A stretch of DNA of 63,904 nt, counting the filler, from Collodictyon triciliatum (lineage: Eukaryota), in assembly GCA_043381765.1 (NCBI GenBank). It is 51 parts of 51 records of this genome, joined end to end, with 100 filler letters (N's around TTAATTAATTAA, not from the genome) between each part and the next. Parts side by side here need not be neighbours in the genome. Positions count along the whole stretch, not along the records: positions 11,335 to 12,492 come from JBHJMP010012047.1; positions 12,593 to 13,750 come from JBHJMP010012048.1; positions 13,851 to 15,007 come from JBHJMP010012049.1; positions 15,108 to 16,264 come from JBHJMP010012050.1; positions 16,365 to 17,521 come from JBHJMP010012051.1; positions 17,622 to 18,778 come from JBHJMP010012052.1; positions 18,879 to 20,034 come from JBHJMP010012053.1; positions 20,135 to 21,288 come from JBHJMP010012054.1; 43 more parts are not named here. One strand, given 5' to 3'. Below are positions 11,435 to 25,077 of this stretch, one piece after another. Below the pieces are notes generated by a model. That model worked only from the letters and a program-made list of their open reading frames with translations. It made no database searches and had not been told where the DNA came from. Numbering within the stretch: the first letter of the stretch is position 1; each line of letters starts with the position of its first letter. The position numbers and the translations under genes were made by a program.

Positions 11435-13660
11435 GTTTGCACAAGAGATACCTTTGTTTTATGACAAGACTCTGAAATATGACTTTATTATATCTACATA
11501 TCATTTTCAAAATTTTATATGAACCTGGTCATTCCCAAGCTCCCATTAATCTACAGATTGTTTATTTATTGCAATAAAAACATCAAATTATCATTCATGT
11601 GGGTGGATAACTCACAACTCTTAGAATAAGCACAGAAAATAAACCCTTCAATATATTCTGCTTTATTATTAAAATTAAGATAAGTTTAGTACTTTCTTTC
11701 TGGGATTCATATCAGAATTTTGCAGGGAAAGACATCATTTAATGAATAAGCTTCATCTTCCTGAAAGCAAGTCAAATGTTTTGAACTACCCTCCAAATAC
11801 CAAGGTCTTGGTTATTACCTTGTTTAGTCTTGCAATTTCTACTCATTCATATTCAACATAGATATCTCGTGTCATCAACTATATTTGTGTGTGTTATTTT
11901 TTACGATTACTTTAATGAGATAGATAGTTATTTAATAATTAAATTGTCAGACACGAGAAAAATAAGTCCATAAATCATACACTTTCTAAGAGAAACTGTC
12001 TCACAGTAAAATATGAGTTTTATAAGCAACCCAATAATGTGCTCTCATCACTGGAGCATATGGAGGAGGAATGCTTGGCATATGTTCAGTTTTGGGAGCT
12101 GGACAAATGTGAATATATCATTTTGAGGATAACGCATATTTAACTTACAATTTCCTACTCTAAGCCGTTCCGTGCACCTCCTTCGCCGAGTAAGAGTCTG
12201 TCACAAAATGCGGGATCATACTCAAATAGCCGATTTCCTCCTCTTCCAAGCCCGACAGGCTCCACGTAATCAAGAATTCAGATTTTATTTAAGGACGCAA
12301 TCAATATACCATACCCATACATCCTGATCTTATCCGTACCCCAAAACGTTAATTTTAAATCTTGAATAATCTTCGCATTTGAGATATCTTCTAATATGTC
12401 CTTCATCACACTCATACATAATTGCCCCATATATATTCTAGTTTGATTTTATTACTCGCAAGGCCGTATGGCTTTTTTTTTTTTTTTGTGTGNNNNNNNN
12501 NNNNNNNNNNNNNNNNNNNNNNNNNNNNNNNNNNNNTTAATTAATTAANNNNNNNNNNNNNNNNNNNNNNNNNNNNNNNNNNNNNNNNNNNNTTATTATT
12601 ATTTTATTATTATTTTATTATTATTTTATTATTATTTTATTATTATTTTATTATTATTTTATTATTATTTTATTATTATTTTATTATTATTATATTTTAC
12701 GTAAAATATGAATAATAATCATTTCACAATCACATATTTAATTGCATAGGTGAGTTATGAAACAAATGAAGGCAAGGTGCGCATTATAAATATTCACTAT
12801 GATTTGGATGCCGAGGCCGAAAAAGCCTGTGGCGCGATACCATCCTGTCTTCGATATTTTGGTGTAAGTGAAGACTGCGGTATTTGCTCTGCAGATTTAC
12901 ATCACAGTTTTTGATTTCATAGATTTTATGAATTATGTGCATACATACCCTTTTTACTTTGATACTTATTATTTTATGTATATGTATAGTTGCACTCATA
13001 TTTATTCACATTTTTATCTGCATGTTCTCATATTTAATGCTGCTATGTAATCAGTGTATCGAGGAGTGTATCGCATCCACACTCAACTGCGTTCCTGTTT
13101 AGCTGAAATTTGGAGAGAACGATTGTTACTATGGAAGCGGCTCCAGAAAACACGGAGACGAGCGTTTCAATGCCCCCATTTCTCACCACATAGACTCGGC
13201 CGGACAGGAAATATACTTCCACCCAGACCACCCGCACAACATTGTACCACTCGTATTATTTCTTCTAGCCTTGGTGGGTTTTAATCGATTTACACAGCTT
13301 TTGAACAGTGCATACCCACAACCAAAATATTGCGTCTGTATCATCATCTAGGAGTATTTTTTTTATTAATTTTCGTTTGTGATTTCTTTTTGGACATCTC
13401 TTTTTGTGTTGGATTCGTCATTACTATCCCACACCTCTGCGATATAGACAATGACTATGGTACCTTGCTGCTTCTTTGGTGGAGTCATCGTTGCCTTTGC
13501 TGCAATATTTGATATGGATGTGGCCATCTTTAAGGGTTGGAGGTGTGATATTCAATCCGTCATCGAACACCGTGCAGTCCACATGACGCCATATTCGGCC
13601 TCCACATCGCTCCCAGTCACAATCCGCGACGCTGACAAACTCAAATAGTCCAACACTTGG

Positions 13661-13693
<33 letters not shown>

Positions 13694-14910
13694 CGTTCTT
13701 TTTTTTTTTTTTAAAATTATAAATTATATTAAATGTAAAAATATTGCCAANNNNNNNNNNNNNNNNNNNNNNNNNNNNNNNNNNNNNNNNNNNNTTAATT
13801 AATTAANNNNNNNNNNNNNNNNNNNNNNNNNNNNNNNNNNNNNNNNNNNNGTTCTTGTTCTTGTTCTTGTTCTTGTTCTTGTTCTTGTTCTTGTTCTTGT
13901 TCTTGTTCTTGTTCTTGTTCTTGTTCTTGTTCTTGTTCTTGTTCTTGTTCTTGTTCTTGTTCTTGTTCTTATTCTTATTCTTATTCTTATTCTTATTCTT
14001 ATTCTTATTCTTATTCTTATTCTAATTCTTATTCTAATTCTTATTCTTATTCTTATTCTTAGCATTCTCGGGCGCCCTCTGCTGATTCGATCGCGGTTGC
14101 GTGCAAGCAGCCAGGCCGGGCGGTTTGTGCGTATTTGCACCAGCGAATGAGGATTCAAAAGTTTGAATATTCGAATATATCCATATGTGGTATGATTGAC
14201 TCCTCTGCTGAAAGCAAGAGACAAACGATTCGAACATTCAGAGGTCTCCAAAACAAGGGTTTTCGTTGTCTGCTCCTCTAGGGTGTCAATTTGTTATTCA
14301 GAGAATGACTGGCAAATAAATCAAATCTGGATTTTATTGTATATATTGAATTAAAATTTAATTTATCGTTTATACACTTTTTTATACTATAATTGTTATA
14401 GTATAATACGTCATTATATATATTTGTCCATATTCCGACTTTAAGAGTGATTTATTCAGCGTGAGCGTGCTGGTAGTCGATTGTTGGGTTGTGCATTGGC
14501 TTCGTGCAGAGAAAAGTAAAGTTCCAGCATTGTCCAAGGCACCCGCCCAACCAACGGTCAATACTACATATGGGCAAGATATATATTCATTTTGGATGAG
14601 ATACATATAGAGAAGATCGCCGAGAAATTTGCGCACTATGCCCAACCCAGGACGAGGCTTATATTGCCACCCGGCGCTTGTTTGCACCTGCGAAGCAACG
14701 TTTACCTCGGAGCGGTATATATGGGCAGGCACGGCCGCTGTGCAGTGGTAGGTCGTGTGTGGAGCAGCGATCACAAGTACCATGGACGGACGAAGCCCGG
14801 GACGAAGGGCGGCCTGCGAAGCGGCAGGGACTGAGCGGATACCAATGGAGAGAAATAGAATGGAAGAATATAAGAGAACATAAGAAAACAAAAGAGAATA
14901 TAAGAGAATA

Positions 14911-14932
14911 TTTTTTTTCCTTTATTCGATTC
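14911..14932 (-). mobile_element. Family A micro-retroinsertion within a 10-bp tandem repeat
   Basis: TTTTTTTTCCTTTATTCGATTC between duplicated AAAGAGAATATAAGAGAATA. The TSD is ambiguous because of the repeat. Confidence 0.75.
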
Positions 14933-15107
14933 AAAGAGAATATAAGAGAATATAAGAGAATATAAGAGAATATAAGAGAACAAAAGAGAACAAAAGAGAA
15001 CAAAAGANNNNNNNNNNNNNNNNNNNNNNNNNNNNNNNNNNNNNNNNNNNNTTAATTAATTAANNNNNNNNNNNNNNNNNNNNNNNNNNNNNNNNNNNNN
15101 NNNNNNN

Positions 15108-15415
15108 ATTCCCATCCTCTTCCACTCCCCTCTAAACATAATCAAGCCCGCTACTTTCCCTCTCCCAAGGACTTCACCACAAGTCCTATCCTGAAAGGAA
15201 TCCCTGAGCCTCTTATCAAGCCCCAAGGTCATTACCTCTTTTCCTATTCCTCTTCATCCTCTTTCTCTCCTTTCTCTATCCCCCATCTCTATACTCCTCT
15301 GATGGCACATCCGCCATCACTTTCTCTTTTTTACCTCGGAATACTTGCTTGGTGGTTGAAAAAAGATTGTTGGCAAGGGCGCCAACAGCTAAGTCTGTCG
15401 TGAATAAAAAAAAAA
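15108..15415 (+). mobile_element. Non-LTR family C 3' end with stem-loop and poly(A)
   Basis: TGTTGGC-AAGGGC-GCCAACA hairpin (15368-15387), then CTAAGTCTGTCGTGAAT(A)10. Matches 51885-51934 and is related to 25737-26000. Confidence 0.75.
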
Positions 15416-15501
15416 TAGTTGAAGCGACAAAGACTATACAGGGTTTGTGAATCTTGTCCACTAGGGTGCCAAAGACCCGGCTAAATCATCGAAGGCACAT
15501 A

Positions 15502-16264
15502 ATGGAAGCGGAAGCAGAAGCAGCTGTTTGTGAGCCTAATCTTGCAGATATTGAGGCTTTATCTCTCTTTTGGAGGCCAAGCGAGCTACCACTCAAGCAA
15601 TTTACATGGCTCCAACTAAGCTGTAAAAACATCTCCGTTCTTCCCCGTTGCATCTTGGCACTTTCATTCTTAAGGGAGCTCCACGCCAATCAAGACCACA
15701 TCGGAGCTTTGCTTTTTGATACTCTCTTGTACCTAGATGTGTTAGTAGCTCATTTATGCTTTGTGGTTCATACAATAATTGCTCTTACCACGTCATTTTA
15801 TTTCATTTTGTCTGCATTTTTCATCGGGTTTTATGATTTTCATATGATTCAGGGTTTTTTTTTTTCATTATTGGTTTTTACATATATGTTCGCTATTCTA
15901 TATCATTTATTTGTTTCAATTACCTTTTTTTTTTTAAGTTTAACACATTTTTAAGTGTAATATTGTCAACATGTAATCATCACAGAGCTTGGCTCTCGTG
16001 GCTACCTGAGGAAATTACGATGTTAGATGCCCTAGAAATACTATGTTTGAATAACAGCGATATCAGATACCCCCGTTGAAATTTCAACGCTTTCGAAAAT
16101 GAAAATGATTAACTTATCAGATAACAAGCTCTCTTCGCTACCAACGGAGCTTTGTTTCCCGACTACCTTATCTTGTCTTTGTATTCAAAAAAATTTAATA
16201 TCCATTTTGCCAGCATACTTTTCGAATCTTCAATCGCTGATTCAACTGAGTTTATATGATAACC
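15502..16264 (+). pseudogene. Typical-LRR protein, apparently frameshifted
   Basis: LSCKNISVLPRCILALSFLRELH ... LPEEITMLDALEILCLNN, frameshift near 16070, then PVEISTLSKMKMINLSDNKLSSLPTEL...LIQLSLYDN. Confidence 0.6.
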
Positions 16265-16364
16265 NNNNNNNNNNNNNNNNNNNNNNNNNNNNNNNNNNNN
16301 NNNNNNNNTTAATTAATTAANNNNNNNNNNNNNNNNNNNNNNNNNNNNNNNNNNNNNNNNNNNN

Positions 16365-17447
16365 AACCGCAGAGCAACAAATCGAAAGACCACTCCAAGG
16401 GAGATATGACTTTGCTTGGGAGGTTTATCGCACTCGCTTTGGAAATGCAAAGTTTGTGATGGCACCCATGGTTTGCCTTCTACTATGTACCCTTTTTTCC
16501 ACAAGTGTTCGAATATATTTCTAATCTACTATTTTTCTGTGATTGTCTTTATATTTAAATCCGTATTTCTCATAATCCAAAATAAATTGTCGCAGGTTGA
16601 CCAATCAGAGTTAGCGTTTCGTATTCTTGTGCGCGGTTATACACCCGACGTATTGTGCTACACGCCCATGCTGCATAGGTAAGTTAGTATTACAAAGTGA
16701 AAATTGTCATCTCTTCAACATCACTGTGTAGGAATATACGGCAAATGGTTTAATTGATAAATCTTTTTTTTCCTTTATTCGATTTAATTGATAAATCTTA
16801 ACTTAGCTATCATTTTTCGACCAACGAAAAGTATCGACAAGAGCATTTCACCACAACACTAGATGACCATCCGTTGATTGCTCAGGTATCAAGACAAATT
16901 AATTTGCTGTATTCTTTGTGAAACCTTGCATATAGGTAATGTCATTTTAATTAGCTGTGAGAGTTACACAAAATATAATGAAGAAACCCTCCGCTCTATA
17001 GTTTTGTGCAAATGACCCTGATACATTGGTCAATGCGTCCAAGTTTCTAGAGAGTAAAATTGATGCCATTGATTTGAATCTTGGATGTCCTCAAGGGATT
17101 GCTAGACGGGGTCATTATGGTGCATTTCTGATGGAAGAGCCTGACCTTGTCTACAACATAGGTTTTTTTTCTTTCTTTTTTATTGTTCTCATACGTCTTC
17201 AAAAATCTTCGTTATGGAATATACTTCCCTTTTTTTTTCTTGTTGATATTGAGATATTTTTTTTTATTCTTCCTTTCAATTTTGTGCAGGATGGTGCTTT
17301 TGTTGAGATATATAACCATAAATTTTCCTTTTAGTCTCCAACCTAGTGAAGCATTCCTCTGTTCCTGTTACATGCAAGTGTAGAATTTTCGATGATTGGG
17401 AGAAAACCAAGAAGTGGGTCCAAATGCTCGAAAGTACAGGAATTGTG
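16365..17447 (+). CDS. DUS1: tRNA-dihydrouridine synthase DUS1, 5 exons
   Basis: Exons 16365-16470, 16596-16678, 16807-16885, 17002-17161 and 17335-17447: [12 protein letters not shown]...YTPMLH...PLIAQ|FCAND...[20 protein letters not shown]...PVTCKCRI. Confidence 0.95.
16766..16782 (-). mobile_element. Family A micro-retroinsertion (17 bp) in DUS1 intron 2
   Basis: TTTTTTCCTTTATTCGA between a perfect 17-bp TSD TTTAATTGATAAATCTT (16749-16765 and 16783-16799). Confidence 0.88.
17258..17296 (-). mobile_element. Family B micro-retroinsertion in DUS1 intron 4
   Basis: T-tract followed by ATTCTTCCTTTCAATTTTGTGCAGGATGGTG, with a flanking TTGAGATAT duplication. Confidence 0.8.
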
Positions 17448-17621
17448 GTATGATTCACTTCGTAATTTTCTGTGAAAAAAAAAAAAGCAGCAATCAAAAT
17501 CGGCCTTCTACTATGTGACTTNNNNNNNNNNNNNNNNNNNNNNNNNNNNNNNNNNNNNNNNNNNNTTAATTAATTAANNNNNNNNNNNNNNNNNNNNNNN
17601 NNNNNNNNNNNNNNNNNNNNN

Positions 17622-18593
17622 TTTCTTTCCAAGCAATGATGACACCGCCAAGCCGTCTGTTTGTATCATCTATTTAAAAATGTAGTCTGTTTGATGAAAG
17701 ACCCTCTTCTTCATTTCAAAGAAGGTCATCCCATAGGGTCTCTTTGCATCCTGATATATTCTTCATTAATGATATTTTCATATAATACTAATAGATCTAT
17801 CAAACATCAATATCTAGAGTAATATGACATTGTATATTGTTCGTTCTTATATAGATTGCTTGAAACAGTTTAGTTCCAATGTCCTCAAAAAAATACGATT
17901 CATGTGAATCAGACATGGAATGTACTTATTTGGATTGACTTTGGCGTTATATTCGATACTTTTTACAATATCGCTGCGAATGATATGACGCAAATGCGTT
18001 GTAGTCCATTCTTTATATTATTCCGGTATTTCGAGCTTCTTGAAGATGGCTTTTTTTTAACTAACGTAACTCTGCCTTTTAATGCCTTCCGTAATATTCT
18101 CATCTTTAGGAACTGTTTGATTTATAAAGCTCAGTAATCTCTTTACAAATGCTCCTTAATGTTAATATGATAAACTGTTAACATTTGCTTCGCTAAACAC
18201 GGTAACACATGAGATAAACCAACCAACAGAAAGCGTTCTTATCAGGATAAAAGGAATCGAAAATCATAGAGATAAAAAAGTCATCATGGCGATTTTCATA
18301 TCTGGTTTTTTTGTTTTAATCTTACGGGTCTATCTTGTGAGACTATTCTGACTGTCTTTAAGCGTACAAAAAAACATTTCATCGATTGTTGGGAGTTGTT
18401 GTGAATTCAGTATGTAACATCTTGCAAACACATAAGTGTCGGTAACCAATTTATGACACAATAAAACTGTATTGTTGACTTTGTAATCGTAATCCGAATT
18501 CTTTACAATCGACTTTAGATTTGTTTTTACATTTCGACAGTGTGGTTTTACAGACCTTAGATTCCCAAACTCAAGATGTTTTCTTTTCTCCAT
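17622..18593 (-). pseudogene. Fanzor1-like protein, degraded N-terminal ~320 codons (REC/WED region up to just before RuvC-I)
   Basis: Pieced across stops and frameshifts: NVKTNLKSIVKN..VLLCHKLVTDTYVFARCYIL..LPTIDE; LSHVLPCLAKQMLTVYHINIKEH..KRLLSFIN; YNAKVNPNKYIPCLIHMN; KLFQAIYIRTNNIQCHITLD..CLIDL; FFEMKKRVF..DYIFK*MIQTDGLAVS. This is the Fanzor1 motif order as I recall it. Confidence 0.8.
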
Positions 18594-19737
18594 CTGAAAG
18601 TCTTTGTTTTACTTTTTCCTTGAGAAAACTACCAAGTTTTTAATTTTAATAAAACTTTAGTCAATCGGTCAATTTAATATATATATTGAACTGCACAAAA
18701 TCAATTATGTAAAATTAAGCATCTGCCAAGACCCTCAAAATGTGCGCTATGTAGAAAAACACACAAAGTTTTTTTTTCNNNNNNNNNNNNNNNNNNNNNN
18801 NNNNNNNNNNNNNNNNNNNNNNTTAATTAATTAANNNNNNNNNNNNNNNNNNNNNNNNNNNNNNNNNNNNNNNNNNNNGGATTATCCTTGTTAAAATGAT
18901 TTGATGATAATAAAACAGGCTCGGACCCAGCAGACTTTGCTCTCTTTGCCGTGTCGCTGGCCTTGACGTGCTTCGTGCTGTTCCGCATAGCCGTGTCAGG
19001 CTCCTCTGTGCTTGTGGATTACCCAGCGCTGAATCCAAAGTACCGCAGATAGACGCCCCAAGTCAACACCAGCACATGTCAACGGATAAACGCATTAACC
19101 ACCACTCTGCCACAAGCCACAGGCCACAGGCCAACACATAATCAAATACGCATCCGGCGCCCTTTGTAACCAAGTTCGTTACAATCTACATATAGCAACC
19201 AAATTGTCGAGCCTTCCATCTGTGGACATCACACGCGCTCCACAAACCCAGCTATTCTGCGAATGTTCAGCTTCAGGCAGCCGAATACACCAAATCAGCA
19301 ACACGAGCGTGCATACGGGAGACAGAATGTAATGTCCCCAGGGGTGGTGACAAGGAGAGACCCGTTACAAGATAAAAGTCTTTTGCGTTTGAGAGGGACA
19401 AGTGTAGACACATGTGTTTCTATCAAACATGATACTCAGCCTAATATACCTGGGCGAGCGTGAGGAGCTCAGAGACAGGCACAAACACATCAGGCAAGGA
19501 AAGCCACGCGCGAGTGGGGCGGTATCCGGCCTCGCAGCCACCACAGTGCTTAAGCGCCACCAAGAAGGCAATCATTTGCCCCTGCGTATATAAGCACACA
19601 CACACACACAAATGCGCATATGCCAATGGGTCGGCAGCGGAAACCTTCGACCACACGCACCTCCGATGAATCCAATCGCACCCGAAGCACAAGCATGGAC
19701 ACAAGCATAGAAACAAGCACAAGCCGCGCCACGAGGA

Positions 19738-19789
<52 letters not shown>

Positions 19790-19823
19790 GTGCTTACCGT
19801 ACCTTTTCCCTCTTCACCCACAG

Positions 19824-19973
19824 CCTGTCATGACACAACTTGTGGGACCTGGGGGCGATCGCGCCTGGCTGGATCCCAACCTCGCTGCGGTGGAAGCGGC
19901 GCCGCCCGTGAAGCCAAAGAACTTTCCTGGTGTGGAGGAGATCGCCTTCAACGTGGCAGAAGAGCGCAAACAG
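19824..19973 (+). CDS. Single 150-bp internal exon of an unknown GC-rich gene
   Basis: Polypyrimidine tract and CAG acceptor, GTACGC donor, open phase-0 frame PVMTQLVGPGG...EEIAFNVAEERKQ. Confidence 0.55.
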
Positions 19974-19979
19974 GTACGC

Positions 19980-20034
<55 letters not shown>

Positions 20035-23000
20035 NNNNNNNNNNNNNNNNNNNNNNNNNNNNNNNNNNNNNNNNNNNNTTAATTAATTAANNNNNNNNNN
20101 NNNNNNNNNNNNNNNNNNNNNNNNNNNNNNNNNNCAAAACTAAAGGGTTAAAACATCTAACCATGGTGTTTTCTACCACAAGAGTCTAGTTTACTATGTT
20201 TTTTCTTCTTTTTGCTTTCTTTTTGCTTTCTTTTTGCTTTCTTTTTGCTTTCTTTTTGCTTTCTTTTTGCTTTCTTTTTGCTTTCTTTTTGCTTTCTTTT
20301 TGCTTTCTTTTTGCTTCATTACGAAAGGATTTATGCGTGTGTTATCAGCTCGTTTGTAAATTCACGATTTTTATATTTAGATACGGAGTTTGCCATGCAG
20401 CCAAAATTGAAATCGAAAGGTTCTCTATGCTGGAAAAATATGGAAAATGACCATCACTTTCTCCTTCCCCTTTAATCTATTTAAGTTTCGAATTTAATGA
20501 AAGTTATCAAAATGCACTCTTCATACTCAGAGAAATGGAGACTGCCAATCTCGATATCTTGGAAATTAATCCCCATTTGATGGACACGTCCCGGGTGATG
20601 CAGAATATTCGTGTTTGTTTTTTTTAAAAAAAAAAAAATAGAAAGAAAGAAAGAAAAAGACACAATTCAATAAAAAAAAAAAATCGAAAATTTTCAAATA
20701 AAATTTGTGGGCTTTAAGTACGCTCTCTTTTTAACAAAATAATCGGCGCCTCATATTGTTTTACAGAAAATTAGATTGCAGATTCTTGAAATGTTGCCAT
20801 TCGCCAAAACTTGTCCAGAGAGCGGCGAACTGTTGAAAACATTTAATGGACGAAGCCATTTAGGCGGACCACCCACAATTTTCTCACTACAGTTTGTATA
20901 TATATATATATATTTGCATTACCCCGATCTTTTTGCGCAACTTTTTTTAACTATTTATTTAAGGATATCATAATCATTTATGAGTTTTACTTCTGTCGAG
21001 GTATTCATACATCACCAAATAAGATGCATCAACCTTGACTGTTCTCGTTTCATTCAGAGACCTTCTTGATGCACACAAACGCCTGATGGAGGAGAATCTC
21101 TTGATTGTGCGAGACCACTTCTTAGACCATATCACGTCTACCTGTCGAGTACTAATCATTTTATAATATTATGGCATCCTTAAGATCTACTCTGTTTGTT
21201 TGTTTGTTTGTTTGTTTGTTTGTTTGTTTGTTTGTTTGTTTGTTTGTTTGTTTGTTTGTTTGTTTGTTTGTTTGTTTGTTTGTTTGTTNNNNNNNNNNNN
21301 NNNNNNNNNNNNNNNNNNNNNNNNNNNNNNNNTTAATTAATTAANNNNNNNNNNNNNNNNNNNNNNNNNNNNNNNNNNNNNNNNNNNNAAAAAAATGTTT
21401 AACTTCCCCCAAAAAAAACCCCAAAAAAAAGAAGGGGGGGGGGGGGGGGATTATATTTCATCATACAATAATTCTTTTTCAAAATCGCCCTAGCTTTAGT
21501 AATAATCAAAACTTATCAAAAAAAACCCCCCCTAAACTGATGACTAACATGGGTTAGCTCTCATATGATTGACATTTAAAATGAGAATAATTTAGTTATT
21601 AATTTTGCAAGCACCTCTTTCGTATCCAACACACCATCACGTGAAACAGGTCGAGGAAGCGGTTTGCTCGGATCTTTCGAATCAGTCTCAAAAGTTTTCT
21701 AGGGGTCATGAAAATAAAGGCATGTATAATTGTCTTGTCCATCGGATGATACTCATGGACTTTGTTACGGTGAAAAAGTGGTTTATAAGTAAAGAACAGC
21801 TAGAAAGAGAAACAGAAAGAGAAGATGGCAGCAGCAGCAACAGAAACTATGTTAAAAGTCTATAAGGGAATATGATGTCCTCACGATGATTTTCCGCTTC
21901 AACTGAACGGCGGCATCCTTCTCAGACATTGCTGAGTTGACCCTGTTCTGGACACTCTTTTGGAAGCGAAAGACTTTTTCACTCTTTTGTTGCTGCGCAA
22001 GTATGGCTTTGTGATCCATCACTTGAGCAGCAGCCTTGTTGATGAACAGAAAAGTATATCATTAACATGGACAAAGAGTCTATTCTTTGAGGAATCAAAG
22101 CGCGTTGGGCCGACTTGGATATCTGCGGTTGGGGCAAACAGAATACTCACGACAGCATCGGAGTTTTCTGCTGATCCTGCAGGGTTTCGACACACAACAG
22201 CTTCCGGAAGAGGCGCGTTGAACTCCATCTGGACACCTGCGCGGTACTGAAGCACAACTCTTGTTTGATCGCGCACCTGAGGCTGCGACTGGCGCGGTCG
22301 GAGTGCGTTGGAGCGGTACGCAGTGGCCCGGGCCTGTGTTGGGGTTGTTGACCGGTGTGAAGACTCCATCGATCGCTTCCTGCTTGCTTCTTTTATTTGA
22401 ACTGTTACGTTTCTTTCTGCTTTTTTTATGTTTTTTATATGTTTTTTATATGTTTTTTATATGTTTTTTATATGTTTTTTATATGTTTTTTACATGTTTT
22501 TTATATGTTTTTTATATGTTTTTTATATGTTTTTATATGTTTTTNNNNNNNNNNNNNNNNNNNNNNNNNNNNNNNNNNNNNNNNNNNNTTAATTAATTAA
22601 NNNNNNNNNNNNNNNNNNNNNNNNNNNNNNNNNNNNNNNNNNNNTTGAAATTTTTTATCTATTATAAAAGATGTTTGGCAAATAACAAAAAACCTTCAAC
22701 GCATCACCACAAGCTTATCGATTTGCTTGCACATTTGTAAGGAATATATTGAAAACACTTGCTATTTTTCGCTGGAAAACCCTAAAAAATTGCGTTTCTA
22801 AGGGAGAAGAGAGCAATTACTGATGTTCGCAATATTGCCACCTTGCTTGAGTGTGTATTTCTGTTTCTTAAAAACAAAGAATTTGAAACTGTTCCTTTCA
22901 ATACCTTTCTTATTCGAACATTTGTTTTTAAAAAACCATTCTTTAAATTATTCGTGTTTGATACCACCATAAATGCTTTTCTTGACCGGGTTTACTTCTC

Positions 23001-23900
23001 TTGGTGTTTATGCAAATCCAGTAAGTTTAAGTTAAGTTTGAATTATTCACTTTTTTTTTATTATTTGTGCAATATGATTTTACATATTTTTTTGTTTGTT
23101 TTCACTTCAGTAGCTAACAAGTATGCGAACATATGGAAGAGCCGCATGTGGAATCGCATCACTCACAAATGTGCTAGTGATGTGTATAAATAGAGACCTT
23201 ACAAATAGAATAAGGACAGTGTCATGCGAAATTACTTCACATTCTCTACTGCAACAACAGCTAGAAATATCGCCTATGCTTACACGCTCTGAAGCTCTAT
23301 GAACATGTTTGCTAAAAATCTTTAAATACATACATATAATAACAACTTAATATTTTACAAAAAATATTACATTAGTAGTTGAACAACACTGCCGGTGCCT
23401 TACAGGCTCAAAGAAAGTAGTAAAGTTGAACAGGCCACGCAAAGCCTGCATCTTGAAGAAATTACAATAACATATATTTCATAACAAAAATATAATAAAA
23501 TTATCATATTGAGAGCAAGTGACACACGCGCAAGAGTAAAAAACTGTCTACATATGTTGTGTAAATTATGATTTCTTACATATAATTTAATAATAAAATA
23601 GCAAAATCTTCCAGGAACACAAAATATGCAAACAAAATCAACAAACCTTACAATATTTTTGCATAGGATGAAATTTATGCCTTTCGCCCATGAAACACAG
23701 AACAGTGTACTCTAAATAATACTATTAATAATTTTATATCCTTCGTTCAATTCAAAGAAAGGGTTTTTTTTTTTGCATTTTTCTACAGTCCGCCGTTGTT
23801 NNNNNNNNNNNNNNNNNNNNNNNNNNNNNNNNNNNNNNNNNNNNTTAATTAATTAANNNNNNNNNNNNNNNNNNNNNNNNNNNNNNNNNNNNNNNNNNNN

Positions 23901-23979
<79 letters not shown>

Positions 23980-24962
23980 ATGTGAATTACATCTCACTTT
24001 TTACTTATGAAAGAGTTGCACAAATTAATTGCTGCAAGTGTCAAATTACCTAGTCCCAGTTCCTCAAACGCGCAATCGAGCTTTTGGGACACTTTAGCGC
24101 TGTAAATTATTGCTGTTAAGAATTTCTGCTTCATCACACCATTCACACAAAAACAAGATAACGTTTTTAGCGAGTGAGCTTGTAGTATGATTAATTTTTT
24201 TTTCATATGACAAGCAAATAAATAAAATAGTGGAGGGGGATTTGGTATGCAACTCTTGTATGGCGCTTATCTGATATGACAAAATATTGTTATACATAGG
24301 CGATAAAAGGGGAGGGGGCGTTGAGTATACCTAACAGGGAGCGGCAAAAGCTGCTTCGCGCTGCGCAGGGACGGGCCTATGATAATTCATTTAACTTGTC
24401 AGGGTATTGTCGATATAATGCTTTGTAAGTACAGAGGATTTCACAAAGAAAGCCAAACCAGGCCCCGCTTTGTCCTTTTTCTTTGGAATGATGATGTTTC
24501 TTTTCTTATTGGATTCAACCTAACACAGGATTTATTACATGAACATGATATTCCTACGTGTGGAGATGAATTTGCATGAACATAAAACGCAAAGGGGATG
24601 ACCTACAATCGAAAGGTCTTCGTTCCCAACAAGGTCATTATATGAACTACTTTCGGATGCTATTTTTGATAATTGTAGTATGCTTTTTCTATCGTGGCTG
24701 TGTTTCTTACAACTCTATTCAGTTGGTTCGACACCAAAATAAGAGGTTTTGAGTTCTTATACAATATAAACACAAAAATAATTATTATTTGATCGTGAAA
24801 ACACAGTATTTGAAAGTCAAAAGGTATTATACTTGTTCAATCCTCTTCAATTCAGTGAGTAAGTATTCCTCTTCCTAAATTTTCATTTATTAATTGGACG
24901 GCTTTAGTATCTAATTCGTCAAGTTTTCTATATAAAACACGGTAATGCTGGTTGTTCGATTA

Positions 24963-25077
<115 letters not shown>

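Noticed and set aside
12150-12430. Faint resemblance of KIIQDLKLTFWGTDKIRMYGYG...EPVGLGRGGNRLF to the Fanzor region before RuvC-II
   Set aside because: No GDW or DExxTS motif and no zinc finger follow, so it is too weak without an HMM search.
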